This document shows positions 26,221-40,584 of a stretch of DNA of 64,000 nt, piece by piece; positions within the stretch are counted from its first letter, which is position 1; each line of letters starts with the position of its first letter. Location: assembly GCF_036588685.1 (NCBI RefSeq), contig NC_086383.1, positions 18,910,001 to 18,974,000 of the forward strand, read 5' to 3'. A program made the translations under genes and the position numbers. This stretch comes from Mytilus trossulus (lineage: Eukaryota). Under the pieces are notes generated by a model. The model was not told where the DNA came from, did no database searches, and saw only the letters and a list, made by a program, of their open reading frames with translations.

Positions 26221-26467
26221 AGTACATAAACCCCAGTCGACTGTTTGACTGAAAAATTGAAGATGCTTCTAAAAGTTTTAAGAGGAAAAATCTTTATAAA
26301 TAAATCCTACATAATTTATAAACAGAGAAATCTGGTGAGCAGTCTGTTGTCAAGATAAAATTACATTAATTCTATGACAAAATTTTTAAAAAAAATGGAA
26401 TAAAATTAAGACTGTTACATCTGTTGGTATTTCCCATCTGTACTGTTTTATACAGATGTAGATCTTA

Positions 26468-26862
26468 AAGTGTTTTTAATATTGAGCAAGCTCAAGGGCA
26501 ATCTTAAAGCCACTTTAGTGCTATTTCAAAGTGGTCTATTTTTATGGGGGGGGGGAGCTGGAGCAGTGGCAGATCATGGGGGGTTCCAAGGGTTGGAACC
26601 CCCCCTTTTTTTTACAATCAATGTATTTGAATGGGGACATATAGTTGGAACCCCTCCTTTGTCCTGGGTTGGGAACCCTCTTGTTTAAAGTGGCTGGATC
26701 CGCCCCTGTGAAGTGCCCAGAGAAAACCTACAACCTTCTATAGGAAAGCTGACAATCCTAGTCAATTAAGATAAGAGTCAGGTGAATCCGCATGAGCAGG
26801 GTTCGAACTCAAAACCTCTGAGCGTTGACTGGAGTAGATCTACTTGGTCATCGAGGCCCCTC
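26468..26862 (-). mobile_element. V-type SINE interrupted by CAG-MITE
   Basis: Reverse-complement similarity to 33048-33259 (GGGTTCGAACTC, GACAATCCTAGTCAAT, GAGGCCCC); MITE at 26564-26708. Confidence 0.75.
26564..26708 (+). mobile_element. CAG-MITE, TSD TGGAG/TGAAG
   Basis: Same core; inserted into a SINE. Confidence 0.8.
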
Positions 26863-27089
26863 TTGAACAAGAAGTGAGATATATAAATTGTTGAAAAATA
26901 ACTAGTTGATGCAAAAAAAAGGGGGAAGGGCCATTTATATACTGATAAAAAATTCTTTTATAGAGTGATATATTACATAGATCAAATTTTACAGTATAGC
27001 CTTGAAATAGCTGTTTACATGCACAATTGACACACCATTTTTTACAGTGATTATAAACACTCATAACTCTTTTTTAAGAACAACATGTA

Positions 27090-27595
27090 ATTTATCAAGC
27101 ATGGCCTAAAGCCAGCTTCTACAGCAAAGTTATATAAATCACATTCTAAGTTCAGTATAGCATTAAAAACTTGCTTATGCAGTCACCATTTTTGCAGTAT
27201 ATTTTTATAAAGCACAACAAATAATTGATCAAGCATGGCAATAAACCAGCTAGCTACCAGAGTAATATTATATAAATCACATTCTTCAGTATAGCATTAA
27301 AAACTTGTATGTATGCAGTCACCATTTTTGCAGTATATTTTTATAAAGCACAAAAAATAATTGATCAAGCATGGGCTAAAACCAGCTAGCTACTAGAGTA
27401 ATATTATATAAATCACATTCTTCAGTATAGCATTAAAAACTTGAATATAGTATATAATGAATCAAGTATGACTTTTTACATGCATGATGCAGTCACCATG
27501 TTTGCAGTAATTTTTTTTAAACACAACAAATAATTGATGAAGCATGGCCTAAAACCAGCTAGCTAGCTACCAGTGTAATATTATATAAATCACAT
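27090..27595. repeat. Tandem repeat, about 130 bp, about 4 copies
   Basis: Recurrent TTATATAAATCACAT / GCAGTCACCAT. Confidence 0.9.
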
Positions 27596-30500
27596 AGGAA
27601 TTAATCTCCTCTATTTAATATACAAACAACAAGAGGCATTGATTTTATTACTGCTGCTTGTGTATTGCTCATTTGTTTGTTTTTATTTACCATTATATTA
27701 TTCTTTTATGAATTTTACAAATATTTTCAATTTACAGAAAAAGAAGAAAAAAACTACAGAAAGATTTGGCTGACAACCAACCCATAGAATTGTAAAATCT
27801 GAACAAGAAATCACAGTGGTTGAAAAGATGTTTGGTCTTGACATCAATTTCTTTAGTCTCAAGACTGTCCATTGTTTTAAACAATTGGTATTGACATTTA
27901 GATTCTGTTCATATGTATAAATTTCCAATGGAATCTGCATATTACACAATAATGAGAGTTTCCAAGGACAAAAAGGCAAGATGGCAGATATTCATACATT
28001 GAAAATCTTTGCATTTTAGGATTTTAAATACCTAATGTAACATTCATTCACAATTGCTCATACACACACAGAGAAAACATACTGAAAGAGTTCAGTACTC
28101 ATTATGTGGAAATTTTCTTTCAATTCATTTGAATTCTAATACCATTTGACTTTGATAAGATTTTGTGTTCAATGCTTTCTTTGAGTAAGTCTTTGTTTTT
28201 AATGAAAAACTTTGATACTATCATAGTAACAGAAGGGCTTTTAGATTAATGCCAACACAATGTATTCAGATTTCCTAGTGACTGTAAGATTCGAAGAATG
28301 TGTAATTTTTCCAGGACTACATGTACATGAATTATAATAAAGCTCTTCCAATTTATGGATGCATCTTGAAGGTTAAAGCTAATTTCCATCTTTGTTCAAA
28401 TCATAGTCACTTTTGTGATTATGTGATACATTTAACTAATAGTTTACCAGCCGTCTTAATTATTAATTTGTTTTAATTCTGAGAAAAATCAGTTAACTCA
28501 TATAATTTGCATAATTAGTTCTATTGAGTGTAAATAATTTACAGAAAATTTAGCCATTTTGTAAATGTGATTGTTAATTATAGTCCATGCAACTAGGATC
28601 AAAGTCACAATTTATCTGACTTATTCTCAAGTCTAATGTATTAATCACAAAAAACAAGCAATTAACAATTCAGACTTCATAATTTGCATTTCAATATTCG
28701 TTAAATGCAGTCTCTATTAGAAAAAAATTAACTTATTGCAATATAACATTAACACGGTCTGACGGTTTCGTTTTTTGAAGATGAATTATTCAGGTAGTGC
28801 AATTGTTGTTTATAAATAATTCACAGTTGAACAGATGAGTTATTCGAAATTTAAAATTGGAAGGCTGATCCACGTTGATGGTGGGTTTTTTTTTCATGTC
28901 TCTGCGTAGCATTATAGTAGCATACATCAATGATTAGAAGTAAATACTAATGACTAGTAGGACTTCACTAATGACTGATGTAATATAAACCTTAGAGAAC
29001 ATTATACAAACCTAAAGAGAGACTCAAAAGATACAAATAGTCAAAAAGGATACTTAAAAAATAGCATAGATAAAGCATTATACAAACAAAATGGGGGAAT
29101 AGATAGAAAAGGACAATCATGCAGATGAAAAGACCATAATGTTTAAAATAACCTTGGTTTCTTTGATAAAAATTTCAATCCAACTACCTATTGAGGGCTG
29201 AAGGACCTTTTTTCAGATGTTGGAATTGAGGAATTTGGGATTTGGGAATTTATCATTATCATGCTGCGGGAATGGACACATTCTTATCATCAGAATTCAG
29301 GATTTGGCATTGATTTTCTCATGAATTTCAGGATAAGACCCCCTTTTTTTCCCTTCCTAATCCCCCCTTTTTCTTGTCATTAGGAAAAGCATACAACATT
29401 CTACACTTGAACTACTAATCCTGCACTAAAGCACAGTTGAGTGTAGTACTGAGAATTTAGATGGCAATAGATAATTGAGCTAGTTCAATCTCCTATCTAA
29501 TCACAAAGTCAAGAAACTTAAATCCCCCCCCTTTTTTCTTGTCAATAGGAAAAACACATGACATTCATTATTCAATCTACCAATCCTACGTTGATGCAAA
29601 ACTGATAGAAGCACTGAGAAATTGAAAATTTAGAAGGCATTAGAAGGCAATAGATAATTGAGCTAGTTCAATCTCCCTTCTAATCACAAAGTCAACGAAA
29701 CTTAAAACTGAAATCAATTTCCAACAGGTTTTCTTCCCAATTATTATCAACAAGTGAAGAAAATTGTCAATAAATTGTGATCTTTCTAACACATTTTTCC
29801 TACTGAAACCACCTGCCTATTTCTCCATTAAGACATATTTTCCGTGGTGACAAATTTTCACGTCATTTTTAAACAACTAGGGGGTCAACATAGCTTTAAA
29901 TTTCCGATATAAATTGACCTGCTTGAATTACAGTGTCGAGGTGACAGAACACTATGCATATAATTAGGGTGCTTAGAATCTCGGAGCATTCAATTATTTT
30001 CAAGCTACTGAGGACAATTTTGATTTAATCTGTCATGGAGCGGAAAGCATATAACGCCAAATTCAATAATCGTAACAAAAGCTTAAGCCGAGTGACCACT
30101 CGTTTATTTTTATTTGTCACGATGGAAATGCAATAAAAACGCTGTCGTGAGAACTTATTTAAATACAATTGTCCACTATTATTTGGACCATGATTACTAA
30201 TCCATGCTGGAATGTCCCTAATAAATTCAATTATATCAATTTCTAAGTGATTCTATTAGAAAAACTATCAGAGATATTTTTGTAAATAGTTTACAATGGT
30301 AATGGGTTTTCACACTTCAGAGTCAATTAGATATATATATTCTCCATCTGCTTAACAGGAAAATAATTCATTGAACACAATATACTGCTATTTTATAAAA
30401 ATACCGATGACAATAGTAGAAGGTTGGTCGTTGTACAGGTATAAAATGACAGGAGTCAGTTTCACAAAAAAACTTACCACTAAGATTGATCGTAACTACA

Positions 30501-31983
30501 CTGAATTGTTCATGACTTACAATCAATCATTCTAAATAGTAAGTTATTTTGTGAAACCAACTTCAGGTATCCAAATCAAGCATGAATTTACAGTATATAT
30601 ACAGCTGTTGTTCAAAGCTTATACAGTGGTGGATCCAGGGGGAGAGTTCAGGGAGTTGGACCCCCCCCCCCCCCTTTTTTTAACGATCTATGCATTTGAA
30701 TTGGGACATAGGGTTGGAACCCCACCCTTTAATCCTGTGTTCTTCAACATGATGATTTATTTTTTGACATTTTTCAGTGTTGATTTTGTTATTATAGCTT
30801 TTGTGTGTGTGTTTTTTTTTAAGGGGGAGGGGGTCTCGGTTTATCTCTCCCTTCTTTACCTTGACAATTACTCAATGTGATCCAGATTAGCAATCAATCA
30901 ATCACATCAAATGTCATTATCTAGATACATTGATGTTTGCCTTGTTCTTTGGAGGTTTTTTTTAAAAGGGGGGTGTTCTATTGACTTCTTCTACCCAATG
31001 TCTCATGATTATTCTTATGTAATCTTTAGCATAATAATAATTTTGTCAAGTTTATGCTAACTACGAGTTTTTGAAATTCTGTACATTTATATTTTCTTGG
31101 GCATATTATACATAACCAGTGCCTGAGAATATGAAGTACTTCAAACAACTGCTGCCAGCTCTGACAAGACACAGATATATGCCCATTAAGATAAGAATAT
31201 ATGCAATCCAATGATAAGATACAATTACTTAGAATTCCAATGACTTAATGCAATGTCAAGATTGAGTGACAGACCAAGGCTCACAGTTAATAAACAAGTA
31301 AAGGCCATCTCAAAGTTTTCTCAACAAATATATGGGACATCAATCTCAAAGCGTTTTTCTGAGTCATTAAATATTGTTAATGTATAACAGAAATTAAAAG
31401 AAGAAAAAGTGGATGCTGACCCGTGAATTTGTTTATTTTCCTGGGTATTTAATTTGTGGATTGAAAAAAAATTGTACAATTTGGTAAATATTTTCATGTG
31501 TTTGCCAAAGTATGCATACTTCAGTTGATAGAAAATGAGTACATCATTAATTTTTTTAATGTGGTTAACCTGTACCAAATAAAATCCACAAAAATGTATA
31601 TTCTGAATAGGAAGAATAATCAATCCATAGAAGCTAAAAAATTACTTATTTGAAAATTGTTTTCTTGCAGAAAATTAAATTGATAACATATATATATTTA
31701 CTATTGTCTTATGTAAAAGAAAAACAAGCCTTATCTTACTAGCATTATCAAGTGTATAAACTTTCATACTATCAACTCTACAGGGTAAAATGTTATTAGC
31801 GGAAATAACAATATCATCTTACAAATTACTAAAACATTTAAAGCAATCAACTTTGGGACATTCAAGATATTCTGCAACTGAAAACATCAGGTAACCAGAT
31901 AAAGATGTTCATCATTATCTTTTAAGAACAGATTCGGCAGATAAGACATTTCAAGTTACAGTGATGGAATAAAATCACTAAAA

Positions 31984-32520
31984 ATCAGGGATCGAAATAC
32001 ACATAATATCTGTCAAATTATTATCAGGGATTGAAATACACATAATATCTGTTAAATTATTATCAGGGATCGAAATACACATAATATCTGTTAAATTATT
32101 ATCAGGGATCGAAATAAACATAATATCTGTTAAATTATTATCAGGGATCAAAATACACATAATATCTGCTAAATTATTATCAGGGATCGAAATACACATA
32201 ATATCTGCTAAATTATTATCAGGGATCGCAATACACATATTACATAATATCTGTTAAACTTTCATCTACATATATGATTTTCTTTGGAAAGAATTGTAGG
32301 TAAGCGTTACAGAAATGGAATAAAATCACTAATAATCAGCTTCAGGGATCGTAATACACATAATATCTGCTAAATTATTATCTACATGTACGTAGATAAG
32401 ATATTCCAAAGTACAGCAACAGAATTAAAACACTAATAATCAGGGATCGAAATACACATAATATCTGTTAAATTATTATCAGGGATCGAAATACACATAA
32501 TATCTGTAAATTATTATCTA
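31984..32520. repeat. 39-bp minisatellite
   Basis: ATCAGGGATCGAAATACACATAATATCTGTTAAATTATT. Confidence 0.95.
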
Positions 32521-33047
32521 CATGTATGATCTATGACTTACATAAATCATGGTAGATTAACTGGATCCCTGTCTCACAAATCAAACAACATAGGTAATTT
32601 TTATAGTTTATATCTACTGATACCTATAGAACATGCTAGTTATGTTTATATCATTACATGTAACAGGAGGTATACATATCGTATGGGGGGTCCGTAGATT
32701 TACTCTCACTAATGCTACCTATAAATTGTAACTAATTATTTCCTTTTCAGAAATAGAATGGTGACTAAACAAAATCAACTTCACTAAAATGAATTCACAA
32801 TTTCTCATAAATTCAGTTATTGTTTTTTTTAGTTTTTTTCCCATTTTTTTTTTACAATTTTATCAGCTGAACAGATGTTTGTGAAACAAATATTTTTTCC
32901 ATTTTTTTTTTAATTTTTATAAAAAAAAAATGAATCTATCAACAGTTACAAGCAGATGTTGTAAGAGTTTGTTGGTAATTAAAATTATGGTATTTTATAA
33001 ACTTTGAAAAACAGCTCTGATTTGGTTTTGTAAATCAAATTCTTGAA

Positions 33048-33259
33048 GGGGCCTCAGTGGCCGAGGGATCTAAGTAGTTACTATACTGTAATCATTAGCG
33101 AGTCAACTCTGCGGTTGTGAGTTCGAAACCTGCTTGTGATGATGCACTCGACTCCAATCATTATTGACTAGGATTGAGAGTTTTCCTATCAAAGGTCGCC
33201 ACGAAATAACCTAAATGCGGTCTTTAAAAGTGGCGTTAAAACACTAAAAATCATATCAA
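33048..33259 (+). mobile_element. tRNA-headed SINE (V-SINE-like), internally deleted
   Basis: A-box-like TGGCCGAGGGATC (33058), B-box GTTCGAAACC (33121-33130), AAAGTGGCGTTAAA tail; imperfect 16-bp TSD AAATCAAATTCTTGAA / AAATCTAAATCTTGAA. Confidence 0.8.
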
Positions 33260-34289
33260 AAATCTAAATCTTGAACAAAGCTTTAATATGTCAAATTAGG
33301 AGTATCCAAAATTTACTTATACAGAATTAAACCAGTCTAAACCAGGGAGTTGAGTCAATGCTGACCAATAAATTTAGATTCTGTATTTTTTTCAAGAGTT
33401 TTACTTTAAAGAATATTAATGAAATACAGGAAAGGTCATGCAACAACTCAAAAAATAAAATGTTGAAAAACATTTGCTTTTAGAAATCATGAAATTTATA
33501 TTTGGCCATTTTTTTGTCACAACATTATATGATAATATTGCAATCTTACACATTTAATATCTCCCTTATGGCACCTCAACATTTTGTAACATGTATGCTT
33601 TACCCTGTTGGATGAAAATCAAGAGATAACAGTGAAACACTGCCAAGATTTGTTTTGCTTTCTTCTCAGATTTTTTCTCACAAAAAATGAATTGTGCCGA
33701 GAATGCATACATGTTAATGTTCAATTCTACGAAATATGCATATTACATATGCTTTGTTTTCTTTCCAACTTAATCAATTTTATGTCATATAAACATATAA
33801 ATGGCAAGAGGTAAATGTATATGTAATTAGTTTTTTGTTTTGTTTTGTTTTTGTTTTTTGTTTTTTTTGTTTTTTTTTAAATAACATAATAGACTGTTAA
33901 ATGTTCTGAAGGTCATTTTCATTAAATCTTTTTAGAAATATATTGAATAAGTAACAATAGAACATGACTGTCATATGTTCTTTATTACGGGTGGGTAGTT
34001 AATGTGCAACAGAAAGAATTAAATTTCTGTATATAAGATAGGCAAATTGGCCAATGATATATACTACCTTTTCTATCAAGTTTGAAATACGATATAAGAA
34101 CTGCCACTAATATTAATGCATATAGTCTTGCATTACATAATTACTACATGAAAAAAACATATTTTATTTCACTACTTGTTAGTTTTTGTAGTATATACTG
34201 TTGCACTATCATTTTACTCAAAATATTTTGTTTCACTACTTCATAGTTTTTGTAGTAACTGACTTCTCACAAAATACTGTATAACAAAA

Positions 34290-35630
34290 TTGTTGTACTA
34301 TCGTTTTACTTTTTACTCATTTTGTAACATGCCCTCTGTCAACAAATATCTTTTTAACTTGACAACAACATAGTAGTACATTAATTATACAATTCATGGC
34401 ATTATTTGCGTATTGCTATCATTTTACTTTTACAGTAAATTGCCATTATTTAGCATGCCCCTTTGATAAATATCATTTCAACTTGACAACAATATATTTG
34501 TACATTAATTATACAATTCATGGCATTAACTGCGTTTTGCTATCATTTTACTTTTACTCATTCTTTAAGCTTGCCCCCTTTGACAAATATCATTTTATCT
34601 TGAGAACGACATGAGTATCACAATTATACAATTCATGGCATTATCTGCGTTTTGCTATCATTTTACTTTTACTCATTCTTTTAGCTTGCCCCCTTTGACA
34701 AATATCATTTTAACTTGACAAGGACATAATTAAGTATAACAATTATAAGATTCATGGCATTATCTGCGTTTTCCTATCATTTTACTTTTACTCATTCTTT
34801 TAGCTTGCCCCTTTGACAAATATCTTTTTAACTTGACAGCAACATATAAGTATCAACATAATACGACTCATGGCATTATCTGCATTTTGCTATCATTTTA
34901 CTTTTACTCATTCTTTTAGCTTGCCCCTTAGACAAATATCTTTTTAACTTGACAACAACATCAGTATCACAATTATAAGATTCATGGCATTAACTGCGTT
35001 TTGCTATCATTTTACTTTTACTCATTCTTTTAGCTTGCCCCCTTTGACAAATATCATTTTAACTTGACAAGGACATAATTAAGTATAACAATTATAAGAT
35101 TCATGGCATTATCTGCGTTTTCCTATCATTTTACTTTTACTCATTCTTTTAGCTTGCCCCTTTGACAAATATCTTTTTAACTTGACAGCAACATATAAGT
35201 ATCAACATAATACGACTCATGGCATTATCTGCATTTTGCTATCATTTTACTTTTACTCATTCTTTTAGCTTGCCCCTTAGACAAATATCTTTTTAACTTG
35301 ACAACAACATCAGTATCACAATTATAAGATTCATGGCATTAACTGCGTTTTGCTATCATTTTACTTTTACTCATTCTTTTAGCTTGCCCCTTAGACAAAT
35401 ATCTTTTTAACTTGACAGCAACATATAAGTATCAACATAATACGACTCATGGCATTATCTGCATTTTGCTATCATTTTACTTTTACTCATTCTTTTAGCA
35501 TGTCCCCTTCGACAAATATCATTTTAACTTGACAGCTATAATTTTACTTTTACTCATTCTTTTAGCATGCCCCCTTTGACAAATATCATTTTAACTTGAC
35601 AACGACATATGAGTATCAACATTACACAAT
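34290..35630. repeat. About 116-bp satellite with 349-bp higher-order repeat
   Basis: TCATGGCATT...CTATCATTTTACTTTTACTCATTC...GACAAATATC; diagnostic variants recur 349 bp apart. Confidence 0.95.
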
Positions 35631-35958
35631 TCACAATTTTGGCACAATACAATTCATCAATAACAAATAAATAATAGTCCGTCTTTCTCAAAACCTCATC
35701 CTAGTTCACGAAATATATTAAAAGTCCATTTAAAATTCCTGTATTCCTTAGATGAACGAGATTGCCACATATAAGATACTACCATTCACTAAAGAAACCC
35801 AAAAATGGCCAATTCAAAATGATAGCGTGGATCATCTTGTTTGTTTGGATTTCAGTGCAATGGCTTTTCTACAAGGTCTCATAACTGAAAACACCCTTTT
35901 AAAAATATGCAATCAAGGTTTTAAGTAAATCTTACATAACAAACATCCTCTAATATAT

Positions 35959-36205
35959 GAGCTGCGTCGGATAGAAATCGACCTAATGCAAGTGTACATG
36001 TAAATTGCTAATACTTTGATGGATTTTGTGACATTCAAATACGAAATTAAAGATGGATGCTGGTCTGATTTGTGGGTATTTGTAATAATTGCATCAATTT
36101 TCAAACAGTTACAGACTTTGGATAGAATTTTTTGCCAACCCAAAATTAGTTAACAGATGTTTGGATATTTATTTGCATTAGGTCGATTTCTATCGGACAC
36201 AGCTC
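35959..36205. mobile_element. Sola-like MITE
   Basis: About 33-bp TIR GAGCTGCGTCGGATAGAAATCGACCTAATGCAA, GAG terminus, ATAT on both flanks. Confidence 0.75.
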
Positions 36206-38125
36206 ATATGTATTAATTGTAACAGGACTGCAATCATTCTATTTTTTTAAGAAATGAAGAAAACTCACAGTTTTGTTTAAAACAATATGAAATAAAAGTA
36301 TTGATTTCCTGAGCAGTCAAATATGATCGAGCCTTTCCCATTTTTCTTTTATTCAATTAAATGTATAATTCAATGAATTTATATATACAATGTATATTTT
36401 CAAAATTCACCATTTAATTAACTCTGTGGAAGGTTATGTTTGGAACAATGTAAATAACATATATTGATTAACTAAGCAGTCAAATATGGGCCTTTCCTAT
36501 TTTTCTTTTATTTAATTATATATGAGTTAAAAGCAATGAATTTATCTATTACATATATTTTCAAAACTCATCATTTAATTAACATAACATCTATAGTCCC
36601 AAAGTTTGATTACTTTATTCCTTGTATACATGTAAGTGGTAAATTCTAAATAAATAACAGTTACGACCTCAGAGGACCTAAATAATTCAAATGCAACATT
36701 ATAACAAAACTTTATAATTAATTTCAGGGGGAAAAAGGGGGGATATATACAAAGGAACAAGCTTTTTCATCATTACAGAACTTTTATAAAAATCACCTAA
36801 TTTATTTCAATAAATCCATTACTTTTTTAAAACAAGAAAATTCCTTAATTTCTAAAAAGGGGGGATATAATAATAATAATAAATTCTTTATTTAAATATA
36901 TGAAATTGAACAAGCTTTTTCATCATTACAGAACTTCTGGCGAAAAAAATGTTTTTCATACATTTTATCCACACCAGCCCTATGCCTTAACTGAAAACAA
37001 TAAAAACTATATGGTAAATCAGTCACTGTTCAATAATTTATTGAAATAAATCCATTATTTTTAACAAGAAATTGACAAATACAAATCTGTTAATTTTCAC
37101 ACTTCTATAAATATAGATTGATTATATATCCCTTAGCTATACAAAACCACAACATGGGAACAGAGTCACCCAGACCATGCCATACAATTCACACAAGTCA
37201 GAATTACACAAACCACAACATTAGAACACAGTCACTGAGACCGTAGTGGATACAATTCAAACTGGTTAACACGTTTTGGGCTAATTTGAAAATCGGACAA
37301 TGTTCCCCGATACAATGACATCACAGTACAAGTCAGATACCTCAGTACAAATTCTGGTAGATTTCACACTTTTATAAATATACCAATAACCCTAGGCATG
37401 TACATGTGTATGATCACTAAATTGAAATACTTGTACAATACAAAAACCATAAAATGAGAACTCAGTCACCGAGACCATAGTAGATACATTTCAAACCATT
37501 GTCTAACAGTCAACATGTTTACAGCTAATTTTATAAGAATCCGCTAATTTAAGAATGCCGTCAATGTTCTGTGATACGATGACCAGTACAAGTAGTACAA
37601 GTAGCTCTAGTGTCTATGACCTCACCAGATCAATACATAATGTCCACCATTTTATCAGCCAGATTATCTTGTATTATATCAAGGCTACTGATTGCTGTAC
37701 TATTGTACAGATAAGTCAGATATATGTCCTTAGGGGGTCAATGTGTTACCCTTTCAATAATATGGGAAATACTTAAACGAGGATCTATCATTTCTGTAAT
37801 TTAATTTTTTTCAATTATTTTTTTCTATTCTTTATTTATAAATACATTTTGTCTCTATTCTTTATATATTTCGCCTATTTCACTGGTGGATCTTGAAATT
37901 TTTCTAGAAAAGGAGGGGCCTGGCCCCCTGAAAAACCCTCTAAAAACGCCTATGTATTTTTCTCTCTTATTCCCCCCCTCCCCTTTTTAATCTGAACTGT
38001 ATTATTCTCTAATCGGTAGACCCCATCCATACCCTCGTAAGGTATCGCCTAAAAATTAATAATATATTGATATATTTATAATTTGTTTATTAATTCGTCT
38101 ATATATATATACCTATCAATAGGAA

Positions 38126-38271
38126 TTTTAGTCCTCAATGCTCTTCGACTTCGTACTTTATTTGGCCTTTTTAACATTTTTGGATTCGAGCGTCACTGAT
38201 GAGTCTTTTGTAGACGAAACACGCGTCTGGCGTATACTAAATTTAGTCCTGGTATCTATGATGAGTTTATT
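38126..38271 (+). mobile_element. Retrozyme/Penelope-like repeat fragment, family 2
   Basis: Hammerhead with upstream context (GCTCTTC ... TTTTGG...CGAGC) resembling family 1; boundaries approximate. Confidence 0.7.
38190..38233 (+). ncRNA. Type I hammerhead ribozyme (minimal, family 2)
   Basis: GCGTCA-CTGATGA-GTCT(TTTGT)AGAC-GAAA-C(ACGC)G-TC-TGGCGT: complete core with GUC cleavage triplet (cut after 38227). Confidence 0.92.
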
Positions 38272-40584
38272 CACAGGTACATGTAACAAGACAACAAGGA
38301 TGGACAGGTGAAGTCTAATTAAAACAGCTAACAAACATTAGATATTGATTTGATTGTCACAAACTCAGAGATTCTAACCTTTGTACAATGAGACAAGAGC
38401 TTGTCTTACCATCAGCCAATTACAAGCACTAAATATATCAGGTATCTTGTTGTTTTGGATTACAACATCATGATCCAATGTTAAACTACTGTGTTTTCTA
38501 TTATTTTGTTTATCATATCTTCAGGTACATGTTTCTTGGTAGGTTTTGTTTATATTGATTAGTTAAGACATTAGATTAGACAATAGATGTTATGTTTAAG
38601 CCATAGTTAGTCAACTAACAGTAGTAGCAGAGCATATTTTCAATGTAAAATATCACCAATTAAAGAAATAAAAGATGAATTTGACATGAATCAGTGCCTT
38701 GCTCAAGTTTCTCACAAATGAAACTGGGAAAAACGGAGGGAAAGACCGAAGCCTTGCAAGTTTGAAAGACAGATGGACAGACATTGAAGGATAGCACTTT
38801 TACCCATCGTGAGGGGCATTTAAAACTTTATATCAGAAAAACAAAATGGTCTTTTTGCACATAATGGGAAGAATTTAATCATATATACAGATATACTGCT
38901 TCTGGTATGATAATAAGCACCATTTTTGGTCTCTACTGAATTATATTGTACATGCAAGTTTGTTTATTACATATATTTGTGACATCTTAGCATTGTTTTC
39001 AAAATAAATCATGTGTGGAGATAATCAAGTTGTTTTTCTCCATTTTAAATATAGTAATTACAATAAGTAACATGCAGAAGTAATTACAATAACCACATTA
39101 ACATTTTCCTACATACTATGTATTAAATCATATCCAATCAGATTGTCACTTAATTAATTCAAGCTAAAAATAATCTCTAAATTAATTCACACTAAAAATA
39201 ATCTCTAATTCATAAATTTTATATTTTGATGGATTGTTTACCAGTGGAGCTTAAATTCAAAAGAGTGTTTTTACCATTTAAAATTTGTTTATTCATTAAT
39301 ACATTAACAATAGATATTTTACAGAAAAAATATATGATACAAATGTATCTATGATAATATTCAATTTCAGCAAAAATTCATTATTATTCGTGGGATTTGT
39401 GGAATTCGTTGTTACAGATGAACTAAGAAATTATATGTTCAACAAATAAGAAATTTCCTATAGCTAATCTGTTGCCTTTGGCAAAAGTAGGAAATCAAAT
39501 ATTCACCATAATGCAAGGATTTCAATCCACGAAAATCCAGGTACCCACGTAATAAATGATTATAAAATTGAGAATGGAAATGGGGAATGTATCAAAGAGA
39601 CAACAACCCGACCATAGAAAAGACAACAGCAGAAGGTCACCAACAGGTCTTCAATGTAATGAGAAATTCCAGCACACGGAGGCGGAGGAATCCACAATAA
39701 GATCCTTAATGCAAATAGATATATAACTAGGATTATTTTTTCTTCAAATTTTCATATTTTGATGGGTTGCTGTCTAAGAAAACATGAAGTTAAAACATCT
39801 ATTCCAAAACCGAATGAAGGATGGAATCAAAACCTGTTTTAGCCATTGATAACAGATCTTCAATTCAGATTCTGATTATCAGCTCTGGACAGAAATAAAC
39901 ACCTGAATTATATAATTCTTTTATAACCATGACAATAATGAAACAATATCAATGATTAAAATTAATGATGACTGAACCCTGCTTCTTTATAAGCCGTAAT
40001 AACATAAGATAATTTTACATGTTCTATCCAGAAGTACACATCTTGTTTAAAAGCCTATAATAACACAAGAAAATTCCACATGTTCCATTGAGAAGTACAG
40101 TGTTTAGACCCTCATTTACATATAAATTATAATCTTATCAACTAATACTTGATACATTTCAATCAATATAAGATGATCATATTTTCAAATGTGTAAAAAT
40201 GATCAAGGCCACGCTATAAAATTTTGAAATGGCTTACAACTTGTAAAAATCTATTGTCCTTTGGTGGGAGTAATTCTTGTTTAACGATTGTCAGGTATTT
40301 AAATCTTTAAAGCTTCAAATATCACCTCAGATAATTGATTGTAAGACAGGTAGAATTCTGAATTCAAATAGTTTTTATAGATCTCGGGTTGTTTTAAAGC
40401 TGTTAAAATTAAAGTAAAATTAATCACATGTATTACGGGTAACAAAAAAGGGGGGTTAAAAATATAGACCAAAACAAGCATAACTCGGAGAGGTGATATT
40501 GGATCAGGTAAATGTTGAAGGTGAGGAAGAGATTTTTATTACCCTTGTCCCCTCTCTAAGCCTAAGCAAAGAAACTTTTAAGTG

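Noticed and set aside
30478-30531. Minus-strand 54-nt exon candidate (TAG|...TG|GTAAGT)
   Set aside because: Weak acceptor, competing internal GTAAGT, no independent support.
31978-32238. ORF with repeated DIMCISIPDNNL
   Set aside because: 39-bp minisatellite open by chance; no splice or start context.
33048-33135. tRNA gene
   Set aside because: A/B boxes belong to a SINE head; no cloverleaf; multiple degenerate copies.
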